Shown piece by piece: positions 10,401 through 18,928 of a stretch of 64,000 nucleotides of DNA. Under the pieces are notes generated by a model that made no database searches, was not told the DNA's origin, and saw only the letters and a list, made by a program, of their open reading frames with translations. Position numbers and translations under genes: made by a program. The stretch is from Planctomycetota bacterium (GTDB taxonomy: Bacteria > Planctomycetota > UBA8108 > SXIK01). Positions within the stretch are counted from its first letter, which is position 1. Every line of letters starts with the position of its first letter. The DNA is taken from positions 3,072,001-3,136,000 of the forward strand of contig CBDCXR010000004.1 of assembly GCA_965223845.1 (NCBI GenBank), in the 5' to 3' direction.

Positions 10401-12386
10401 CTGGTGGATGTCGCGGTCGAGTGCGAAGTCGTCGAGAACGGCGGATTCAAGATGGTGATCGGATTCCCCGGGGGACCGGTCACCCAGGGATTCGCGATTC
10501 TCCAGGTCACCGAGTCGCCGCGCGACGCTCCGGTGATCACGGGCTTCGACCCGGTGGAGGGCGGCGAGGGCACGACGATCAGGATCGTGGGCCGGAACTT
10601 CGGTGACGACCCGGCGGCGATCTCGACCGTCATCGAGTTCGAGGACGATACCGTCCATCCGATTCACATCCTCGAGGCGACGGACACCGAGCTGATGGGT
10701 TTCCTGACGTCGACGCCCCTCGAGTCGAAGCCCATTCAGATGTGGGAGGCTTCGCCGATCCGTCTTGCGATGGGAATCGGAACGCGCGCGGTGCCCGGGA
10801 AGCCGATGCCGATCGGACGCATCGATCCCATCTCGACCTGGAGTCGGATTCCGACCGACGGAGCAACGGCACTCTCCGCGGATCAATTCCTCCCCATCCA
10901 TGGCCAAACACGCGAAGGTCGCGCGTGCTTCTTTGCGGGAGCGCCGCGCGATGGAACGCTGAGTCTCTTCCTCCGCGGCAACTGGGAGGCGGAGTCCGAC
11001 TTCGAGGTCTCCGTTCACGTGCGCGACGAGACCACCGGCGAGAACCACGAGCTCTACGCGCCGTCGCAGGTGATCCCCGAATCGCGCTCGGTCGAAGAGT
11101 GCGCGGAAAACATTTGTACGCTGATTCGCATCGCGTTCGCGGAGAACGACATCGCGGTCGAATGCAGCACGGAGCCGGCGGGCGACGGCGTCGTCGAGAT
11201 CAAGCTCGGATTGCCGGACGGAAGAATCTCCAAGGGTTGGTTCAGCGTGTGTGTGTCACCGGAACCGACGACGCCTGAGACTCCCGTCGTCGAAACGTTC
11301 GGGCCGCGGGAGGGCGGCGTCGGCGACCTGATCACCATTCGAGGGAGCGGATTCGGTGACGATCCCGACGACCTCGCCGTCGCGCTTCGACTCAACGGAA
11401 CGACCGTCCCGATGCCGGTCATCGAGACGAAGGACGGAGAGCTCATCGCGAAGATGGGCGCGATCAAGGCCGTCCTCGGCAAGCCGGTCCCGTTCTCGAA
11501 ACCCGGACCGATCCACGTCGCACGCGGGGTGGGTATGAGCGGAGTGATGAAACCGACGGGGAAGATCCTCACATGGGAGGCACCGGTCAAAGCCTGGCAG
11601 AGCTCCGGAGTGCCGACAACGGCGTCGATGGAGCTCTTCCAACCGACCGGGTTCGTGAAGCCGATCGACTTCGTCAAACCCGTCGATCCGATCGTCGGCG
11701 GCGCGGGGGGAATCGTTGCGGAAGAGCAGCCGGTCGGTTGTTTCTTCGGCGAAGTGGAAGACGGGAAGGTCTGCCTCACTCTTCGGGGTGATTGGCCGGC
11801 CGGCAGCGAGGCGAGCTTCGCGTTCCAAGCTCACTCTGAACCGGAAGGGACGCGCGTCGCCGCGGAGGCGTCGCGCGTGCGCTTCGACGGCGGTGGAGCG
11901 GCCGGATGCGCCGACGCGATCGCCGAAGGCATCCAGTGGATCTTCATGCAGCAGGTCGACTCGGGACCGATCGCGTGGGAGATCGAGGACCTCGGCGACG
12001 AGGCGGTCAAACTCACGATCTCGCTCAAGGATGGATCCGATATCGACTGGGGGACCCTCGACGTCTGCATTTTCCCACCGTCTGACGGAGGTGGCCTCGT
12101 CCTCCCGGGTGACTGCAATGCGGACGGTGCGATCAACATCGCCGACCCGATCTGCCTCCTCGGCTTCCTCTTCGGGGGAGGGAGAGACGAGGTCTTCTGC
12201 GGTGAGCCGGGTGAGCCGGAGCCGGACCCCGATGACCGCCTCCTCCTCGACTACAACGGCGACGGCGGGACGCCGGACATCGCCGACGCGGTCGGACAGC
12301 TCCTCTTCCTCTTCGGAGACGGAAAGCCGCATGCCCTCGGCGAGGAGTGCCGGATTTTTCGCACTTGTCCCGACGCGTGCCCGTGA
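7455..12386 (+). CDS. large secreted repeat protein: six ~250-aa IPT/TIG-containing modules + C-terminal dockerin-like domain
   Basis: Signal-peptide-like N-terminus. Six PxI/VxxFxP...GxxFxxDP IPT/TIG-like starts. Tail GDCNADGAINIADPICLLGFLF...DYNGDG...CRIFRTCPDACP. Confidence 0.8.
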   Translation: MSIGRSLRASMLASLLLTLAPSSVIAGGGAGPVIRSVSPSAARTGERVNISGVGFGLDPDDLCIAVLVGGRMIPLRVVTASDTMIEAVVGVVPFDAEGPVVLQRGVGGRFDANPVGDLIPGEQAWIWSRERELLEARSPEPLTLQAVEPNETTRWFFGEEPDGSALVVLDGDWIAGSTIEISAHLHDTSPNFAVAHDLRIGGIRVDQDGSLVECAEQLCELIRQLFESANVVLGCVVRQVGPASVGILVELEIGSVRRGGIDICVTAPPVDPDPVLDRFQPPSGGPGTEIRVGGRNLEAELDDISLVVVSNGQVAPIQVTQVDPDLVGGILQPFGGIDSKPLPNWQPGPIQYSRGRGEIGTVKPILPNVEVPVPVWAWTRDPVGAPQAETATDFDPVVEGPLGEGVECFFSASPTDGELCLFLDGDWNPGSDLEIGLSARNPELGIGYDMRAPLVRIADGGTGIECARRICEVVRLAFEQQLGVMDVRCSAEEQDDGRVKLTVNLLDAAGALVPITRGFFSVCVAPLPDRPLRIVDFNPKEGTTGTEITIIGENMIPPPCDWADVCVAILGAEREIVPLDVVSGRHLDENGTDEIIARIGALPNDFVLQKPVEFIVSRGAGQFIMPDGVPVESWIWSATADGEQATADDGFLLIPPAKPVPCYGASLVDAELLLDLPPPAFWAPNSVFDIRLKYETAAMNSAIALHIPGCVTEDGQNPGEMICNAIDSGLAVVGATVDCEVSVLPNGDLRVKVANPPGIPAITHGGLMVGIDPAPTPIPIITDFNPKRIVDPSQMIVVEGRNFPTDPNSVCIGIQSPADNRFIPLGVNEIDPNRIVIPPPECPLPFDFEGHIVLTLGDGTKGAVKPIEPGIQLTEPISAWTRRPARGPIAASEDQLFVQAMDMPGALTLASEGPIGGEIVLDVGIPPQWGVDCRVDLNLGMFEGRSGIGHCLRARGLLVRGGESPADWMGRVCHVITEALAQLVDVAVECEVVENGGFKMVIGFPGGPVTQGFAILQVTESPRDAPVITGFDPVEGGEGTTIRIVGRNFGDDPAAISTVIEFEDDTVHPIHILEATDTELMGFLTSTPLESKPIQMWEASPIRLAMGIGTRAVPGKPMPIGRIDPISTWSRIPTDGATALSADQFLPIHGQTREGRACFFAGAPRDGTLSLFLRGNWEAESDFEVSVHVRDETTGENHELYAPSQVIPESRSVEECAENICTLIRIAFAENDIAVECSTEPAGDGVVEIKLGLPDGRISKGWFSVCVSPEPTTPETPVVETFGPREGGVGDLITIRGSGFGDDPDDLAVALRLNGTTVPMPVIETKDGELIAKMGAIKAVLGKPVPFSKPGPIHVARGVGMSGVMKPTGKILTWEAPVKAWQSSGVPTTASMELFQPTGFVKPIDFVKPVDPIVGGAGGIVAEEQPVGCFFGEVEDGKVCLTLRGDWPAGSEASFAFQAHSEPEGTRVAAEASRVRFDGGGAAGCADAIAEGIQWIFMQQVDSGPIAWEIEDLGDEAVKLTISLKDGSDIDWGTLDVCIFPPSDGGGLVLPGDCNADGAINIADPICLLGFLFGGGRDEVFCGEPGEPEPDPDDRLLLDYNGDGGTPDIADAVGQLLFLFGDGKPHALGEECRIFRTCPDACP

Positions 12387-12581
12387 TTCGATCGCAGCCC
12401 GCGACCGGAAGCCAGCCCGGCCGAGTCCGCTACCGGTAGAGCTCCGGCACGATCGTGGGATCGCGTCGAGCGGAAGTCGGGTAGTCTAATGAGCCGGCCC
12501 GCCGCTTAGAACGGGCTCGTTGTCCCGTCGTCGATCAACGACTCTGCTCGACTCTCCTGGGAGCTCTCGGAGAACCGCTCT

Positions 12582-15500
12582 ATGCCTCGACTCGGCCGCT
12601 CGTCCCTCGCCTGCTTCAGTTGGTTGCTCACCGGTTGCGCACTCGTGGGCGGCGGCCCCGCTCTCTCCGCCGACGAAGACACCCACTGGATCCACTCCTT
12701 CGAACGCATCCAGCTCTCCGCTGAGTTCTACTCCGAAGGAGCCACGTACGGGGACGTGAACGGCGACGGCGCAAACGACCTCGTCTCGGGTCCGTTCTGG
12801 TTCGAGGGACCCGACTTCGAGAAACGCCACGAGTTTTACCCGCCGAAGACGTTCGATCCGAAGCGCTACTCGGACAACTTCTTTCCGTACGTCGTCGACA
12901 TGAACGGCGACGGTCGAAACGACATTCTCATCATCGGCTTTCCGGGGCAGGACGCGTCCTGGTACGAGAATCCGGGGAATACGGATGCCCACTGGAAGCG
13001 GCATCTCGTCGTCGACGAGGTGAGCAACGAGTCGCCGGCCTTCGTCGACATCACGGGCGATGGAAAGCCCGAAATCGTCTGCATCCAAAACGGGCGCTAC
13101 GGTTACGCCGAGCCCGACTGGGCGAATCCGGCGGCGAAGTTCCGCTTCGTTCCGATCTCCGAGGACCGAAAGCTCGGTCGCTTCACGCACGGCATGGGAG
13201 TGGGCGACGTCAACGGCGACGGGCGCCTCGACCTCCTCGAGCGCGGCGGCTGGTACGAGCACCCGAAGGACGGCGCGTCGAGCGCGCTTTGGAAGCATCA
13301 CGATTGGGGATTCACGGAGGAGGCGAAGAAGGCGTTCGGCCTCCCCGGCGGCGGCGGCGCGCAGATGTACGCCTACGACGTCGACGGTGACGGCGACCGC
13401 GACGTGATCACGAGCCGGAACGCGCACCGCTGGGGCCTCTTTTGGTACGAGAACCAAAACGCCGCGGGCGATGGGGCCGGCCCGTTCGTACCCCACCGCA
13501 TCACCGGACGTCCCGACGAGCCGTCGCGCTACTCGCTCCACCTCGCGAACATGCACGGGATCGACCTCGTCGACATGGACGGCGACGGGCTAAAGGACAT
13601 CGTCACGGGTCTCCGCGTGTGGGCACACTACGGCGAGCCGTCGGCGAACCCGCCGGGCCTCCTCTATTGGTTCCGTCTGGCTCGCGGTAAGAACGGCGAG
13701 GTCGATTGGGTGCCGCAGCTCATCGACGACGACTCCGGCGTCGGCGTGATGGTGAAAGCGGGCGACGTCGACGGCGACCGACTTCACGACGTGGTCGTCG
13801 GGAACAAAAAAGGCATTTACTTTCTCAAGCACTCACGGCGCGAGACAACGCGCGCTGAGTGGCTGCGCTCGCAACCGAAGCGCTTCCACACCTCTGGACT
13901 CAAACCCGAAGACGCCGCCGCGGCGATGAGCGTCCCCGAAGGATTCGCCGTCGAGGTCGCGGCTGCCGAGCCGCAAATCCACCAGCCGATCGCCTTCACT
14001 CTCGACGACCGCGGCCGGTTGTGGGTCGCGGAAGCACACACCTACCCTCGCCGCGCGAAAGGTCACGAAGGGAAATGGAACGAAGGTCGCGACAAGATCG
14101 TCGTCCTCGAAGACCGCGACCTCGACGGGAACTTCGAGACCCGGAAGGTGTTCGCCCAGAACGTGAATCTCGTGAGCGGCCTCGAGGTGGGGTTCGGCGG
14201 CGTGTGGGTCGGCGCGGCGCCGTACCTCCTCTTTTTCGCGGACGCGAACGGCGACGATCGGGCGGACGGCGATCCGGAGATCGTTCTCGACGGCTTCGGT
14301 TTCCAAGACACGCACGAGACGCTGAACGCGTTCAGCTGGGGACCCGACGGCTGGCTCTACGGCTGCCACGGAGTCTTCACGCACTCGCGCGTAGGGGCGC
14401 CGGGAACGCCCGATGCGGACCGCGTCCCGGTGAACGCCGCGTACTGGCGCTTCCACCCGCAGCAGCGCGAGTTCGAGGTTTTCGCCTGGGGCACGAGCAA
14501 TCCGTGGGGACTCGACTTCAACGATTACGGCGAAGCCTTCGCGTCTGCCTGCGTGATCCCTCACCTCTACCATGTGATTCAAGGCGCGCGCTACCAGCGA
14601 CAGGGCGGACGGCACTTCAATCCGCACGTGTACGACGACATCAAGACCATCGCCGACCATCTCCACTACTCCGGGCGCATCCAGGATCACGCCTGGTGGG
14701 GACACGAGCGCCCCGCCGATAGCGAGGTCCTCGCGCGCGGTGGCGGCCACGCGCACTGCGGACTCATGATCTATCTCGGCGACAGCTTTCCGCCGGCACA
14801 CCGCGGCAGGCTCTACATGAACAACATCCACGGGAACCGCGTGAACGAAGATCGCGTAGGCCCGCGCGGGTCGGGATACGTCGGCTCGCACGGCGAGGAT
14901 CTCGTGATCGCAAACGACGCGTGGTACCGCGGAATCAATCTTCGCTACGGACCGGAGGGCGACGTCTATTTCTCCGATTGGTACGACAAGAACGCGTGCC
15001 ACCGTACGAATCCCGAGATCTGGGACCGGACGACGGGTCGACTCTACCGCCTCTCGTATCTCGGCGATCGAACTGCGCCGCGGCGCGGTCGAGTCCAGCT
15101 CTCGAGGCTATCGAGCGCTGAGCTCGTCGAGCTTCAACTCCACGCGAACGACTGGTACGTTCGCGTCGCGCGGCGAATTCTTCAGGAACGCGGCCCTGAC
15201 CCAGACGTGCACGCGGCGCTGCGAACGATTCTGAGCGAGAATTCCGCGGTCACGAAAAAGCTGCGAGCGCTGTGGGCGCTCCACGCGACCCGGGGACTCG
15301 ATCCCGATCTCGCGACCTCGCTACTCTCGAGCGATCACGAATACTTGCGTGCGTGGGCGATCCAGCTCACTCTCGAGCGGAAGCAGCCGCCGGCCGCATT
15401 TCTCGCTCGACTCACCGAGCTCGCGAGAGAGGACACTTCAGCCGTCGTTCGCCGCTACCTCGCATCCGCGCTTCAGCGCCTTTCCCTCGAGGACCGCGAA

Positions 15501-17273
15501 CCGATCGCTGCGGGTCTCCTCGCCCGCGAAGAGGATCGCGAGGATCACAATCTTCCGCTCCTCATCTGGTACGGAGTCGAGCCGATCGTCGCGACTCGCC
15601 CCGAGCGCGCCCTCGAGCTCGTCGAGGTCTCGCAGATCCCCCTCGTCACGCGTTACATCGTGCGTCGCCTCGCCGCCGAGCCGGATCACCTGGGAGTCGC
15701 GATCGATATCCTCAATCGCGCCGAGACGACCGCGACCCAGCTCGTCGTCCTCGACGAAATCCTCACGTCGCTGAGGGGCCAAGCGAAACTCGAGATGCCT
15801 GCGAGCTGGGGGCCGGCGTTCACCCGACTCATCGCGAGCGAGAGTGCAGAGATCCGTGATCGCGCCGAGGCCATCGCCGTTCGCTTCGGTGACCGGCGCA
15901 TCTTTCCGCATCAGCGAGCGACCCTGGCCGACCGCAACGCCGATCTCGCGCGCCGAAAACACGCGCTCCGACTGCTCGTCGACGGCGCGGACGCCGAGTG
16001 CGTTCCAGTTCTTCACTCCGTTCTCGCGGAGCCCGATCTCCGCGGGCTCGCTCTCAAAGGACTCGCGAAGTTCGGCCATCGCGAGACGCCGACGGCGATC
16101 CTCGCGGTGTACGAGAATCTCACCACGACCGAGCGAGCGAGCGCCGTTGCAACCCTCGCCGCTCGTCCGGCGTCGGCTCGCGCGCTCCTCGATGCGGTAA
16201 AGGACGGACGCGTTCCGCGCACGGATCTGAGCGCGTTCATCGTGCGTCAGATCGACTCGTTCGACGATCCCGCCCTTCGCGCGCAACTCGAGACGGTTTG
16301 GGGTAAGGTGCGAAAGACCGCTTCCGACAAAGCGGCGCGGATCGCCGCGCTCAAGAACGTCCTCACTCCGAAGGTGCTCGAGAGCGCCGATCTCTCGGCC
16401 GGTCGCGCCGTCTTTCAGAAGGCCTGCCATCAGTGTCACACCCTCTTCGGGGACGGAGGCAAGATCGCGCCTGACCTCACGGGATCGAATCGCGCGAACC
16501 TCGACTACATCCTCGAGAACATCGTCGATCCCAATGCCACCGTGGGAAAAGACTACCAACTGATCGAATTCGTCATGAACGACGGGCGCGTCGTGTCTGG
16601 CCTCGTCGCGAGTGAAACGGCGTCGGCGCTGACCGTTCAGACGATCGACGACGTCGTCGTCCTCCCGCGCGACGAGCTCGCCGAGCGCAACGTATCGCCG
16701 AGCTCGCTGATGCCGGACTCACTGCTCGATGCGCTCAAACCCGAAGAGGTGCGAGATCTCATCGCGTACCTCGGGACACCGGTCCAGGTGCTCGTCGCCG
16801 GCACTCCTGTCCGCATCGATCCCAAGACCCACCGAGTTGCCGGTGCGATCGAAGCGGAGTCGCTCGCATCCGAATCGACCTCAGGCGACGTTGGCCCGCA
16901 GGACATGCGCGGCTTCGGCGCCGGCAAGTGGAGCGGAAACGCGCACCTCTGGTGGCGGCAGGGCACACCAGGGAACAAGCTCCGAATCAAGCTCCCGGTG
17001 AAGAAGAGCGGCACGTATCGAGTCGATCTCGCACTCACAAAGGCGCGGGACTACGGCGTCTTCAAGCTCTCGCTCGATGGTCAGCCGCTCGGAAGTCCGA
17101 TCGATCTCTACGATCCCAATGTCGTACCGACGGGAACGATCCTCTTCGGTGAATCGGCTCTCGAGGCCGGTGAGCACCTGCTCGAAGTCGAAACGGTCGG
17201 TGCGAACCCGAAGGCGATCAAGGCGTATATGTTCGGGCTCGATTACGTGCTCTTGGTGCCGGTCGCGCGCTGA
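12582..17273 (+). CDS. PVC-type heme-binding CxxCH protein with N-terminal FG-GAP repeats, dehydrogenase-like propeller, HEAT repeats, cytochrome c and C-terminal CBM-like domain
   Basis: Signal peptide; repeated GD(V/M)NGDG motifs; AMSVPEGFAVEVAAAEP...DDRGRLWVAE; WGPDGWLYG; SNPWGLDF; CHQCH then IAPDLTG and ILENIVDPN; jelly-roll-like tail (GKWSGNAHLWW, KARDYG, FGLDY). Confidence 0.88.
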   Translation: MPRLGRSSLACFSWLLTGCALVGGGPALSADEDTHWIHSFERIQLSAEFYSEGATYGDVNGDGANDLVSGPFWFEGPDFEKRHEFYPPKTFDPKRYSDNFFPYVVDMNGDGRNDILIIGFPGQDASWYENPGNTDAHWKRHLVVDEVSNESPAFVDITGDGKPEIVCIQNGRYGYAEPDWANPAAKFRFVPISEDRKLGRFTHGMGVGDVNGDGRLDLLERGGWYEHPKDGASSALWKHHDWGFTEEAKKAFGLPGGGGAQMYAYDVDGDGDRDVITSRNAHRWGLFWYENQNAAGDGAGPFVPHRITGRPDEPSRYSLHLANMHGIDLVDMDGDGLKDIVTGLRVWAHYGEPSANPPGLLYWFRLARGKNGEVDWVPQLIDDDSGVGVMVKAGDVDGDRLHDVVVGNKKGIYFLKHSRRETTRAEWLRSQPKRFHTSGLKPEDAAAAMSVPEGFAVEVAAAEPQIHQPIAFTLDDRGRLWVAEAHTYPRRAKGHEGKWNEGRDKIVVLEDRDLDGNFETRKVFAQNVNLVSGLEVGFGGVWVGAAPYLLFFADANGDDRADGDPEIVLDGFGFQDTHETLNAFSWGPDGWLYGCHGVFTHSRVGAPGTPDADRVPVNAAYWRFHPQQREFEVFAWGTSNPWGLDFNDYGEAFASACVIPHLYHVIQGARYQRQGGRHFNPHVYDDIKTIADHLHYSGRIQDHAWWGHERPADSEVLARGGGHAHCGLMIYLGDSFPPAHRGRLYMNNIHGNRVNEDRVGPRGSGYVGSHGEDLVIANDAWYRGINLRYGPEGDVYFSDWYDKNACHRTNPEIWDRTTGRLYRLSYLGDRTAPRRGRVQLSRLSSAELVELQLHANDWYVRVARRILQERGPDPDVHAALRTILSENSAVTKKLRALWALHATRGLDPDLATSLLSSDHEYLRAWAIQLTLERKQPPAAFLARLTELAREDTSAVVRRYLASALQRLSLEDREPIAAGLLAREEDREDHNLPLLIWYGVEPIVATRPERALELVEVSQIPLVTRYIVRRLAAEPDHLGVAIDILNRAETTATQLVVLDEILTSLRGQAKLEMPASWGPAFTRLIASESAEIRDRAEAIAVRFGDRRIFPHQRATLADRNADLARRKHALRLLVDGADAECVPVLHSVLAEPDLRGLALKGLAKFGHRETPTAILAVYENLTTTERASAVATLAARPASARALLDAVKDGRVPRTDLSAFIVRQIDSFDDPALRAQLETVWGKVRKTASDKAARIAALKNVLTPKVLESADLSAGRAVFQKACHQCHTLFGDGGKIAPDLTGSNRANLDYILENIVDPNATVGKDYQLIEFVMNDGRVVSGLVASETASALTVQTIDDVVVLPRDELAERNVSPSSLMPDSLLDALKPEEVRDLIAYLGTPVQVLVAGTPVRIDPKTHRVAGAIEAESLASESTSGDVGPQDMRGFGAGKWSGNAHLWWRQGTPGNKLRIKLPVKKSGTYRVDLALTKARDYGVFKLSLDGQPLGSPIDLYDPNVVPTGTILFGESALEAGEHLLEVETVGANPKAIKAYMFGLDYVLLVPVAR

Positions 17274-17324
17274 ACGAACCCTCCGCACGGGGAGCCGGTC
17301 CCGACGACTTCCCACGAGCCTGAG

Positions 17325-18809
17325 TCAGTCCGCGCTCCACTCCACTTCCCGCTCGAGCGGAAAGAGCGGCACGCGTCGATTCCGGTACTCGAGGCGGTTT
17401 AGATTCGCTGACGTCACGCCCGGCGTATCGACTCGAATGAGCTCCGTGCAGATCGGAGCGTACGCTGCGACGGGGGCGTGAACGCCCTTCGCGACAATGG
17501 CGCGATACCTCGACGGATCGACTCCGCACGATGTCCACTGGGCGAGGCTGAAAGGCACCATACGCCGAGAAGTAACGAGAAGCGTGAGCTTTCGCCCGTC
17601 TGTGAGCACGGCGCTCGGACCTTGATCGAACCGAGTGAATCCCCCGTGCCGCGGTTCGTTCTCCGTGAAGATCCCGTCGGCGAGCCGCACCACGGTCCAC
17701 TCCCCGGCGAGCGGCGGGCCAGAGGGCGGACCCGATGTTCCGCCGACCTCGAAACGGGCGCAGCCACCCACGCCGATCGTGCGAGCGCGCTGCACCGACG
17801 CGGGATCGAAAAGGCACGCGAGGGACGGTCCGACGCCGCTCTCGTCGAGAGCTCGTGCGAGGATCGTTCCGTCCCCCGGAGACCCGCCGCCGACGTTGTC
17901 TCCCATGTCGAGGAGGCACGCTGGACCGGTGGCGGTTTCGGCCCGTTTCACCGCCGATTCGACGTCGACGAGCTCACCGACGAAGCGGCTTCGATCGTCC
18001 CAGAGGCCGCGAGCGAGGCCCGCCGCGAGGCGATCCGCGAGGGCGGAGTCTCCGTCCGTCACGACGACGACCGCACTTCCCATTTCGAGAACGTCGGCGT
18101 ACGGGAAGCCGAGCAGAATGCTCGATCCGAGAACTCTAGCTCGATCGAGCAAGCGCTCCGCGCCAGCGAAATGTTCCCGGCAAGGAGATTCGCTCGTCGA
18201 CTGACGCTCGATGTTGATCGCTAGCGGGGGAAATCTTGCGGCTTGCGTCAGCTCGATCTCACCGCGTACTCGGCGCACGATGAGATCCGCCGCGTCGAGT
18301 CCCCGCTCGCGTTGATCGAGGTGCGGGTTCGTTCGATAGGCGAGGAGTGCATCGGTGGCTTCGACCATACGCGGAGAGAGATTCGCGTGGAGATCGAGTG
18401 TCGCAACGACTGGGATCTCCTCGCCAACGGCTCGACGAATTCGCCCGAGCCAATCACCGTCGACGTCGCCGATCGACGATGCGACGTTCGCACCGTGGCA
18501 AGCGACCAGAACTCCGTCGAGCTCCCCCGCGCGAGCGAGCTCGCGTTCGAGCATCGCGACGAGTTCGGCGTACGTTGAGTCCGCGATCGGGCCGTACGGG
18601 AGCGCCCGTGCGACCAAGAGCGGGATCGCCTGCGCGCCCTGTCGATCGAGGCCGGCGAAGAAGCCGCCGATTTCGTGGTGAGCCGACTCGAGCGCGTCTC
18701 GAATCGCGTTCCCGGTGACGAGGAGGTCCTCGCGGAAGCGATCGAGTGTCGTTTCCTTGCCGAGGAACGTGTTCGACTCTTCCAGTAGACCGGCGATTCC
18801 AATGCGCAT
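17325..18809 (-). CDS. M81 family (MlrC-like) metallopeptidase/amidase
   Basis: EESNTF, CHGA, LDLHAN, YRTNPH, GFPYAD and DMGDNVGGG motifs. GAGGAGG precedes ATG 18809. Confidence 0.9.
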   Translation of the reverse strand: MRIGIAGLLEESNTFLGKETTLDRFREDLLVTGNAIRDALESAHHEIGGFFAGLDRQGAQAIPLLVARALPYGPIADSTYAELVAMLERELARAGELDGVLVACHGANVASSIGDVDGDWLGRIRRAVGEEIPVVATLDLHANLSPRMVEATDALLAYRTNPHLDQRERGLDAADLIVRRVRGEIELTQAARFPPLAINIERQSTSESPCREHFAGAERLLDRARVLGSSILLGFPYADVLEMGSAVVVVTDGDSALADRLAAGLARGLWDDRSRFVGELVDVESAVKRAETATGPACLLDMGDNVGGGSPGDGTILARALDESGVGPSLACLFDPASVQRARTIGVGGCARFEVGGTSGPPSGPPLAGEWTVVRLADGIFTENEPRHGGFTRFDQGPSAVLTDGRKLTLLVTSRRMVPFSLAQWTSCGVDPSRYRAIVAKGVHAPVAAYAPICTELIRVDTPGVTSANLNRLEYRNRRVPLFPLEREVEWSAD

Positions 18810-18928
18810 CACGACCCTCCTCAACGCGGCGCGAGCGCAGACATTCTACGGCGCCTGGCTGCCATATGCCGCGCCGTGGTACCGTACGGATCGGATGAAA
18901 CTTCTTTCGAGCCCGAGGGCACCCGGCG

